Origin: Eukaryota sp. GEM-RC1
Taxonomy: Eukaryota
Assembly (NCBI GenBank): GCA_040285855.1
Contig: JAUFOQ010000002.1
Span: 3,534,001-3,598,000 of the forward strand
DNA: 64,000 bases
Reading direction: 5' to 3'
Shown: positions 48,725 to 58,730 of the stretch, in pieces
Layout: every line of letters starts with the position of its first letter
How positions within the stretch are numbered: the first letter of the stretch is position 1
Notes under the pieces: model-generated
Told to the model about the DNA's origin: nothing
What the model saw: only the letters and a program-made list of their open reading frames with translations
The model's database searches: none
Program-made: the position numbers and the translations under genes

Positions 48725-49813
48725 TTTTTTATCTGCTAAAGATTTGGTATCATCCTTGTCTCCTGAAATGTGGGAATCTTTGTTCCCTGCTCATTTGAAG
48801 GAGACTCCTTTAAAAAATATTTCATCTCTACCATCTGCTGTATGTAAGCTGCAAAATAAATTGACAAGGAGTTTGAACTCTTGGACTTTAATAATCGTAT
48901 TAGCTTGGCTAAAACTAATAGTCCCGAGTTCGCTGCTTTTTTAATCGATCTTTGTAATAGTGGACCTTCTGGATTTATTTCTCAAATTCCAAAGGTGTAT
49001 GGATTACATCTATCTGATGAAGCTTGGATGATCAATATGCGTCTTCGTTTGGCTATTTGGCCTGCAAATTTATTAAACTATTCAACGTGCTCTTGTGGAG
49101 CTAATGGTGTTTTTCGTCATTTAATTAATTGTCGTTATTTTATTCATCTCCGTGCAGTAATTCATGATGGTGTACGTGATTCTTGTTATTCCATGTTTAA
49201 AGCACATGGTTTTCACTCTAAAGTTGAACCAGTTTTGAATCATCTTTCAGAAAATGAATTTACTGATCAAAAAGAGGGGATCTACATACTCCGTGGCTTA
49301 AATCGAGTCAATCATTAATGGATTTTACTACAGTAGATGTATGTAACAAATCTTGTGTTAGTAGGATATTAGATTCTTCTTTTAATCCATTTACAGCAGC
49401 TGAAAAGCTCAAACACTCCAAGTATGACTCTCAAGTAGAAGAATTAAATAGAAACTCATATTCCAAATTTGTGTTTCAACCTTTTGCTGTTTCTCTTTTT
49501 GGATCTATTAGTCCTGCTGGTGATCAATTTTTCAAGGATTTCGAAGAATTGTGTAAAGAAAAGAAGCGTAAGTTTAGAATGGCTGAATGGAAAAACCGTA
49601 TAGTGTTTTCCATATATCGGAATATGCCTTTCTACTTCTCTAGATTAATTGAGAAATTGTACAAGTTTGGTGTGAAGGTTAATGTTGATAAACGTAATCT
49701 TTTACCGGGTGGTGATGAAGTCGTTTGGATTTAATCTTAGTATTATTTGTTTGTTTTTACAATTTCATAGTTTGTAGGAAGGTTACCTTATTGGGTGCCG
49801 AATAAACATCTTT
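48725..49813 (+). mobile_element. 5'-truncated RLE non-LTR retrotransposon
   Basis: CSC...HLINC, HDGVRD, DFTTVD, AEKLKHSKY, FQPFAVSLFG. 12-bp TSD AATATAGATGGA (48713-48724, 49814-49825). Nearly identical to 63648-64000. Confidence 0.9.
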
Positions 49814-50329
49814 AATATAGATGGACATGTAGCCTTCAGAAATGTCATCCAGTTAAAAACCGTCTATTTGGGTGGTTGAATCAACAAAAACAATCCAAAT
49901 CAAACACAAACATGTTTGATCGGATTGTCTGGTGGGATTGTTTTGATGACGTCATCAAGGTACCAACAATCATTGTTTAATTGAAAGAAGAAAGCTGAAG
50001 AAAGAAAAAATTGTAAGGACCTTGATTCCTTTTATATAAAAAACAGACTCGAACTAAGACTGTGTTCTTATTGATAATAAATTTGATTCAGATATAATGA
50101 CAAACCAATACCTACCTGAACAGAACAGAATCAGTGGAAAAAAAATCAAACTTTCAAAATTCAACAGGTTTTCAAAATGTTCAACAGCCTGAGACTCCAT
50201 CGAAAAAGAAGATAAATTAAATAACGATTAAATAACGAGGATTGATTGTAGGGTCCTCCTCATTTAAGACGATGTTTTGATTTAAGCTCATATTTATGAA
50301 TAATAAAGAGAGATAATTGAGGGGAAGTG

Positions 50330-51255
50330 AAAAGAAGTTGTCAAGATTTTAGTCAATTCTGTCAAGATTATAGCAAAAGTGATTTTAGACCTTCACATTT
50401 TAGACCTAACATCTTCCCTCATCTCCCTCGCCTTCTCTTCCGTTCTTGAAGACTTCTTTTACATCACAATGTGTTTGACTTGGGGTCTTCTTCTTTCACA
50501 CGAAGATTTTCGATCTCTTCCCCTAAAACCCTCAGAAGACTCAAAAGTACGTGCTGTATGGAGGTATTTATTCTTAGGACTTAGTCAAGAAGATACTGCC
50601 AGGATCTTCTGAGTCTCACAGTCCTCTATTAGTAGATGGGTTTCTTTCTATTTAAGATTGAAGTCCAAACGTGATCGTTGAGCTTCTGGATAGAAGTACT
50701 CAACTATACAATGCCTCATCTTTACCACATATATGAGTGTTGTCATCAACGTTGTGCAGAGACATTGTGTATACCCACATTATGATTTGTTTAATCACTT
50801 TATTTTTGTACTCCTAAACGTAAAGAATCTTATACAGCCACATAAGTCTCAATAATCCATTGCATCAAATGTTAGTTGTCTTTTACACGATCAGTCTTTG
50901 TGAGAACCATATGACGGGTGATACATCAAAATACACAAACCAAATACTGGATCAAGTCCTTGATTTTTGTATTCATCAACAGGGAATGTACCATTGTTTG
51001 TCAATCACAAGTGCAAATTCTTATCAACCTAAGGTCAAGGTAGACCCGCTGTCCTCGAGAGACTAAAATCTCAAACAACAACTATCGACGATGGCAGGCT
51101 ACAGATCAGGTCCCTAAGAAGAAGAAACGTGGAATCTTGAATCTTAAGTTAGCTCGTCCTAAAAGGCTTGCAAATGAGTGGCACAATGTGTCAAACTGTG
51201 GTGATAGTGCATAGGTGTGAGTGTAGAATTATGCATTTGAAATGAAATCCACAGT
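50330..51255 (+). mobile_element. Decayed Tc1/IS630-like element (HTH remnant) sharing the Fanzor element's right end
   Basis: SEDSKVRAVWRYLFLGLSQEDTARIF*VSQSSISRWV (about 50532-50642) is an IS630/Tc1-type HTH. The 3' end GTGTAGAATTATGCATTTGAAATGAAATCCACAGT resembles 48425-48458. Left boundary uncertain. Confidence 0.55.
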
Positions 51256-51411
51256 CATCCATTATGTTTTGTCCTCTGTATATGTCTGTAACAATACTAA
51301 AAACCAACAACATATTTGAGGGTCCCTATCTTATATAAAAACAGACATTTTTCATGTTATTCAACAGATATCTATGGGTCTTTATTGAAAAGATTACAAG
51401 CCGATATGGAT

Positions 51412-52310
51412 TAGAGTTGCCGTCGACTGGACTCGAGTCAAAAACTCTAAGTACACTCGGGCACAGACTCGAGTCGCGCCGATCGTCACACACACACAAA
51501 CCAATTGTTCTCAAGTGAAGAAGATGTTGACCTCTTTGTCAACTTCGAAAGGAGTTGGGGTATAAACATTGAGTACAGGAACCTGGAGTACGTAAATAAG
51601 AATGTTCCTTGTCAGGCTACTGAAAAATTGTACAAACTAAGAGACTGACGAGATGAAAGAGTGGGCGGAGGAATGTTAAAAGGTTGACCACTGTCTTCAG
51701 GAAAGATCAGAGGCTTCTTACATGGAGGGGAAACAATTTGATGGGCTACAACATGGAATTACGATGAGCATAAATCTGCTTGAAGGACGTAATGAAGAGA
51801 GGGGAGAATGGTTGGTTGCTCTCAGTCTTGAAGACATGAAAGCAGGGGATTTAGAGAGGGTAGATCTTGAGAAGGGTAGATCTTCTGAGCGAAATAGAAG
51901 ACTTGAAACGATAGAAGATTTCTGAGATCTCGGAAACAAACTGTAAGGAATAAAACTCTTTCGGGAAGAATCAGTGTAAACGGTACAATGAATCCAGTCT
52001 TCGGGATTGTATTAAGCTTCAATAAGTGATGAAATCAAGACCAACATTCGGATGACAAGATGTCAGTTGTACTTACTGATAATTCATTCAAGATCTCATC
52101 AGCACCAGTGAAATCGTTGGTTGAGAGAAATGGAGGATCTTCTGCTTCGACCGAAGATGCTGAAAGGCGAAAAGACGAATTGAATCGAACATGTAGAGAT
52201 GGTGTCTTCTCAGTAAATGTAGATAAGACATCCCAAAGTAAAATTAAAAAGAAAAGTTATATTGACAAGATCAACCTATACATTGTCCATGTAGAGGAGA
52301 CTGAAAAGTG
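51412..52310 (+). mobile_element. Possible decayed hAT element
   Basis: Starts TAGAGTTGCC with two GACTCGAGTC palindromes (51430, 51466). Weak hAT C-terminal-like fragments (ISSAPV..., EHVEMV). No right TIR found. Confidence 0.3.
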
Positions 52311-52888
52311 AAAAATGAAGACAATCGTCAATAAATGTCTTGACTGACATGACACTGTAGACACATCTATAAATATTAACAACCCACAAAATGGTCCATT
52401 TTTTTGCTCACATGTCGATGTTCATTGATTCGACGGCTATGAGAGGCCTGTTTTTGGTGGGAAAGTCATCCTATCAAATCAGGTGGAATTCTACAGAAGC
52501 AACTTCTGTAGATATCTTGTATCCATACAGCCTGGGTGGGACCGGGCGGCAATATGCTATTCAAAGGCATCATTGTTCAAGCAAAACCCCAAGGAAGGCA
52601 TTTTTGGTCATTGATCCAATTCAATCCAAATTTTTTATTTTTTCGAAGTCGAGGGTTTTTTATGGGAGTATGTGTGTTGTTTTTGGCAGTCAGGCCTATC
52701 ATTTTTACATGCCCAGCATGGTGATAGAACCACCAGGGCAACACACTGCTTTCCAGCCCCCAAACTTGCCTCCTTGTAAAATTCAGTGGATCGGTGGTGG
52801 TGGTTTTGGTGGTGGTGGTGAAATTTTATTGAAGTGTCGTTTTTTGCAAATTTCTGTCAGTTTTGATTGTAGACTGCAGTTCAAAATT

Positions 52889-52930
52889 GATCTTACGTCT
52901 GATGGTGATGTGGAATCCAATCCAGGTCCA
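52889..52930 (+). other. 2A-like ribosome-skipping (StopGo) peptide
   Basis: DLTSDGDVESNPG|P in ORF 52391-53023 is an exact D(V/I)ExNPG|P consensus with the typical upstream L..GD. Confidence 0.85.
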
Positions 52931-53058
52931 CAATCTAATCCCAATTCTGATCCCATCGGTACAAGATTGAGTCTTCCTTTTATTCGACTTGATGATTCGA
53001 CTTCCATTGTTCCCCCCTGTTAAAAAAAAGTCGAGTTGATAGTGATTCCAGTCCTCCA

Positions 53059-54066
53059 ATGTCCAATCTCGAAATTTTAGCAAGAGTTGCCAAAAAAGCT
53101 CAAGTTAAAGCCAAATCACGGAGAGCTCCCTTGAATATTAATGGACAACGCCTGTCTAATAGAGTTTTTCCTGCTAAGAAATCTTGTCTCAAAGCTTTGA
53201 GGAAAATTAAGCCACATGACAACAACGAAAAACAGAATTTGATTGAATTCGGATGTGCTCAAGAACACCCTAATACTTATGCTCTTCCCAAGATTATGTC
53301 TATTGACCTGGAGACAATGCATCATGATGATGAAATTCCAACAGCTATTACGGAGGAATTAAGCAAGCTTCGAGGAAAGGAATCGCTGAAGTTAAAAAAG
53401 ATGAATTCAGAAGAGCATGATCGATGGATTGCTAGCCAAAAAGTTATGTCAGTTGCATAAATTTTTGGCCGTTTTAATGAAGAAAATTTTTACGAAGAAA
53501 AATCAATTATTATCTGTGTCAACCTTTGTGCAACAAACCTACCTTCTCCAATTGAATGCAGTTTATCCCCAAGAACTGAAATCTATGTTGTGCCCAATGA
53601 GTTGGTCCTGCTCCATATATTGATAGACGTGATTCAAGATTACCAGCCAAATTTCATTACTGGTCACAATATTATTGGATTTGACTTCAAAGTTTTGGAC
53701 AAGCGTTTCCAGTTTTATCAGTTCCCATGGCCTGTTAATTTCCAAGAATCCAACCTTAATCTTTTATCTAAAAACTGGCGTGAAGTTGTTAAAAATATAC
53801 ACGGATACTTGATACTTGATACTTTATTGTTCGCAAAACGTTTTCTCACAATGAAATTTGGAAACGATTTACCATCTCTTACACGAAATCTGATACACGA
53901 ATTTTGTCTCAAACTTAAAAAGGAAGAACTTGGAAATCTTTTGCCCATTGATTGTTGGTGTGAAAGTACACTGGTCTCTCTCTTAGTTGATTACAATTAT
54001 CAACACGCCAACTTAACTTTAAAACTTTGTATGCAATTCCAGAAAGAAAAATTTATTCTTCCAACT
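53059..54066 (+). CDS. DnaQ-like 3'-5' exonuclease domain of family-B DNA polymerase type (one in-frame TAA at 53458)
   Basis: ORFs 53059-53460 and 53590-54114 are the same frame, separated only by TAA. ExoI KIMSIDLET (Asp 53305, Glu 53311), NELVLL...QPNFITGHNIIGFD (ExoII), GYLILDTL, ExoIII-position YNYQH (His for Asp). No polymerase domain follows. Confidence 0.8.
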
Positions 54067-55506
54067 TATAGGATGGTAAAGTCTACTCTTCCACGAATTT
54101 TGGAAGCATCGTGATGTCTTTGAAAACATTGTGCAGCTAGCACCTCAATTTCACGAACTTCGTCGCCATACCCTACAATGCCTGCAATTGTTTTTAACAG
54201 CAAGATTTGAACGTGGAGAAGCGTTACCTGAAATCACTGAACAAATGATTACGTCTGTAATGACTCGAATAAATTATCTTTGTGCCCAATTTTATGGTCA
54301 GCCCTATAAACGACCCAGTAGTGCAATTGATGCGGACTTAGAACGATTTGTCATGGGAGAAGCACAATTCGACAGCAACTCAATTCACAAGGGCTATCGT
54401 ATTCAGTTAGAAGCAAATGAAGGCCATAACTTTCCAATGTTTCCTCCTCAAGGCTTCTCTAGACCACCAGAATACATTGCTCCAGTGCTCTTGTGTAACA
54501 TTAACAACAACTTGAAACTCCACTTTGGAAAACATATTAATCGTTTCATTAACGTATATTTTGGAAAAAAGCAGTCTGAAGAAGAAATTTCAAATTTAAT
54601 TAAAGAGCTGCCAAGAGAAGAACGACCTGATCGTCAACAAACTTTAACTTTGTATCGTTTTGCTCTTCGACAGATTAAAGACATTTTTACTGCTGAATCT
54701 GTCGATAACTTCAACTTGTTACTTTCAAATCAATTTTGCCTAGAAAAGTTTGAAGAAGATTGGAAGGATAAAGCAGGGGAAAAAGGAATGAGACCTCACG
54801 AAAAAGACTTTTTATACGATGCCTTTATTTACCCGTATGTCGTTGAAAAATTTGAAATTTTGCAGAGATCACCTCCTTTTAAATTAAGAGTGCTTCGACC
54901 ATTTCCTCAAATTTCGGAACTCGAAAAAAAGCCTCAATTATTCATGCCGGCAGCCATAACTATGAATCGTTATGTGAAGGAGAAAGAAGAAGCGGCTTTT
55001 CACTGGTTTCCCGCTGTAACCACGGTAATCCCAGGCTACTTTCCTATTGATACTAGAACTTTGTGGAATATCGTCAGGCAAAACAAGAAAACCAAGGATC
55101 TGAAGTTAATGAACAACCAGGCTGAGGTGACCAAGTTCAAACCAAAAGACCAACATGATTTTTGGAAAATGTTTGTAAACTTCGATTTAAAAGAATTCAA
55201 AAGAAAGATTATGTGTTCAACAACATTATCCACAGTGACGGTCAAAACTGTTCAATTGAGTTAGTTAGGCGTGACTTTGCTGGTGAAAAAAGAGGTAAGG
55301 ATGATTTACAAGGAAAGATTAAAGAAGTTTATTGTAAAGACTTGAGAGCAGAAAAATTTACAACAAAAAAAGTAGTTGTCTGTGACCCTGGAAAAAGGGA
55401 TCTACTTTATTTTGGTGGAAGAAATGAAGAACAAATTCAAGAAAACAAGTGTAATTGGCTGCGACTGACACAATGCAAATGGACTGTGGTAGCAAGAAAG
55501 CAATGA
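54067..55506 (+). pseudogene. Second Fanzor1-like protein, truncated after RuvC-I
   Basis: N-terminal YRMVKSTLPRI (in the exonuclease frame), HTLQCLQLFL...LPEI, NINNNLKLHF..HINRFIN, FP....IPGYFPIDT, YVFNNIIHSDGQNCSI, RuvC-I VVCDPGKRDLLY (Asp 55384), LRLTQ. Frameshifts at T4 (54098) and an A-run near 55205. No RuvC-II or RuvC-III downstream. Confidence 0.8.
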
Positions 55507-56173
55507 TAACTCCAAGTGATCGTGCTAGAGCTCCAAAGTTCAATATCAAGGATGAAAGAACGTGCATTAGACCAATCGTCATCATCAACGTCAAGAAATA
55601 CGTTCCTGACAAGGGTCGAGTCAGAGTCATCAGGTAGAGGGAAGTAAAGAGAATGCATACATGAATGATTTCCTGTTTGTGATCATACAGTGGGTGGTAA
55701 AACTGGTGGTAATGTCTTTGAACAATGTATTTAAGCTGACCTGAACTTAGTACAATACGGAACTCAGTAACTGGAGAAATGTATTTGAAAGGCTTTAGTT
55801 CAATAACAGGAACAGTTGTAGAGGTTTCTAGAGCATCACAGCACTCATCTGAGGACTTAAGCAGACAAAGAGCTGATTCAAGATTGTGAACTTTCAAAGA
55901 GCCATAGAGCCACATTGCATCAGTGGCAGCTGTTCCATTCAACTTTACAAAAGTAGATGGTCCTGTCTTGGAAAACAGGAAGAAGATCGCTCAAATCATA
56001 GACTGGAGAATTGGAGTCTTGAGGGATAGTTTGAGGTTCTTCTGTACACAGGAGTATTAAGTAGGAGGTTGTGAGATCAGAATGGAATCTGCAAAAAATT
56101 GTTGAACATCAGAAAAAACGGCACAAAAGAAGTTGGAAAACATAAGAAACACGATTAAATGAGTAAAAATCAT
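55470..56173 (-). CDS. CDC123: CDC123/D123-like ATP-grasp protein, frameshifted; limits approximate
   Basis: FVKLNGTAATDAMW..GSLKV...LLKSSD, EFRIV...IVQRH, and in the adjacent frame VFLDV...FILDIELW match CDC123 motifs. Confidence 0.65.
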
Positions 56174-57356
56174 GCAGTTAAAGCAGTATGGAAAGAACTT
56201 TTAATGAAAGTTACTGGAGAAGAAGGATGTCGCTTTCCCTCTTTAAAACATTGTTTAGGTATTTTGATTCGATTTTAAACCGTATCTTTGAATTGAGACA
56301 TGAATTTGAGATGGTGTAGAGGTATTAGTATCTCATTTGTTAATATTGATGATATTCCTTATTTATAATTGTAAATAAAAAGGGTTTTTTAATATATGAG
56401 TAATTGTCGATTTGTTATCCTGTACTGTATCACATATCATGCACCTATGCTCTTCGTACATGGAATCACTTCTTTTGGTTAGAGTTAGATTTTGTTGCGT
56501 GGTTCATATAGTTTCTTAATGGAGTAATGCCACGTAAGTTGCAGCTTATGCATAATACCATAGTTACTAGAACGCCCTTTTGTCATCAAGTTAGTAAAAG
56601 AAAAGCAATACGTGATGATTTTCAAAATCATGTACTGTTTAAGAGTAAAATGAATACGTAAAACTATATTGGGAGCCGATAGCACACGAGTCATTTCACT
56701 AACACTGGGAAATATGTCTACTTTAGACGCCCCCCACCGCCCAATTTACAATGGTTGTCAAACAAACAGCAAATAAGGCAAAACCAAAAGTTGTTTATGG
56801 AAAAACTGAACCTACATGTCGAACTTATTCAACAATACAGTGGTTCTCAGAAAAAAGTTTTTGTATTTGAAGAAACACAAATCTGCCCAACTGAATTGGC
56901 AGATGATCCTGTCTACCCTGCCCAATTTAGTGACAATTTTGAGTTGTACTCTTATTTAAACAGTCATATTAAACTGAACCACAGTTCAGAACCATTGAAT
57001 ATAACTGACAATAACTGAGGAGACGATACTTATGTGGAAGAAATGTTTTTAAGCAGTAGAATCTGTTTGTTAAGGAAAAAATGGCAGAACCCACAAATGT
57101 GATAGCTGTGATTCAAAAACACGTGTAGAAACACGTAAACGAACATCATACTAAAAAAATAGTTCAAACAATAGTTGTCAATAAACAAATGGAATATATA
57201 GTGCAATTTAATTACAATCACAAGATTCATGATTGGGAAACCAACATCCGGCTTGGATTCGTCAACAATGCGTTTGATTGAAAAATAATCAAAAAAACAT
57301 GGCTGCGAACCCCATTGAAAATGAAGCAGGGCTTTCGTTAAGTTATTCTAATTAAA

Positions 57357-57602
57357 ATGGCCTTTGAAAAACGTGAACTAAAGAAAGATCAAAAGCACAG
57401 AAGACAAGCAATTGAGAAGCAAGAAAAAGCTGAAGAAGTGTTGGTTGGGACAGAGGAAAAGGCTACAGACGAAAGACTTAAGGGAATAGAATACGCCGAG
57501 AAGAAGGAGGTTACAGCTGAAAGAAAAGAAGAAAAGGGAGTTAAAAAGGCAGAGAAGTTGATTGGCAAAGCACAGGAGGCTGCATCGAAGCTTCAGGAGT
57601 AG
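57357..57602 (+). CDS. Small Glu/Lys-rich hydrophilic helical protein
   Basis: 81-aa ORF with ATG in AT-rich context and strong K/E/A bias. Confidence 0.5.
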   Translation: MAFEKRELKKDQKHRRQAIEKQEKAEEVLVGTEEKATDERLKGIEYAEKKEVTAERKEEKGVKKAEKLIGKAQEAASKLQE

Positions 57603-58730
57603 CGAGGAGGTAGTAGAGTAGTCTTCATGTGTAGGGAATCAAAGATACCCCTGTAGTAGGTAATTCCTAAGAAAGATATAAAAATAGATGAGAATGACTT
57701 TCATTTGTTCAGTGAAGTATCAACAAAAGATCTCGTCATAGTTTGGGAAAGAATATCGAAAGAAAGTACATGGAAGTGGAAGAGTGAATCTGATAGAAAG
57801 GATGACGTGACCACCTCGTCAAGAGAAAATTGTTTTTGTTTTCCAATACAACTAAATGAAAGAAATGTTGCCTCCACGGTTTGGTCCCAATTTATGGTAC
57901 GCACACCACTAAAAGTAACGAAGATTCCCATATTGTCTTGAACGTAGCATACTTGTCTGTGTTTCACCCGGTTAATATAACACACATCCTTTTTCAACAA
58001 TTGTCACTTCTTTCCTGCATCTTTAGATGCTGTTGACATGCTAACATTAGTACTTTGGCGCTGCATTGCTTCTCTTTCTTCATACACTTCCCCTTGTTGA
58101 TATCATTCTTTATGAGCCCATATCCTAGCCGAGTGTGTGTTTCTTGTTGTGCGTCTAGCTAATCACCCGATACAACACACAGGACATCCACCAATCATGT
58201 TTGGTGGTGGAGGGCCCAGAATGTTCTTTGGTACCCTGTCCATTCATTTCTAGAAAGCTGCCAAAAAGTTTATGTAGTTGGTGTTACACGGAAGAAATTA
58301 CAGTCGTAATTGTCCATATAATCATTGCTAAAACAACACAAATTTAATAGCTGAGGTTGTTGCACAACATGCAATTGTTTGGAGGTCAGTGTTGAGAAGC
58401 AATGGTATGTCTTGTCCTTTAAAAGACAAGACTTCTACGATTTTTGGTTGATATTCAAGGTTTCTTTCGAATTCCTTACAAAACTTTCTCAGAACCATAC
58501 AAAACGACGTTTTCTCATCTGGATTATATTCAACTACCAGTATGTACTAGTAGTACATAATTAATTAATTAATGTAATTAAAACAAAACTTGAAACGACT
58601 TGATGCGTTTTGCCTAGAAGAGTTTGCCATATATTGAATTTAAAGAGTGTGAGTGAATGGCCAACAAGTACATTTCCAAATAGGATAAAACCTGTTTATA
58701 ATAAAGAATGAACAAATGTCAAGGCAAAGG

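Noticed and set aside
53011..53030. Programmed -1 frameshift at TCCCCCCTGTTAAAAAAAAG
   Set aside because: The shift must occur before TAA 53021, where there is no canonical in-frame slippery heptamer, and homopolymer errors are common in this window.
53458..53460. Alternative genetic code (TAA read as sense)
   Set aside because: Long host ORFs have no internal TAA/TAG and several genes end in TAA. A single mutation or compensating indels explain it.
53059..54114. Complete DNA polymerase B / Polinton
   Set aside because: Only exonuclease motifs are present. No polymerase palm motifs, integrase, ATPase or capsid genes were seen.
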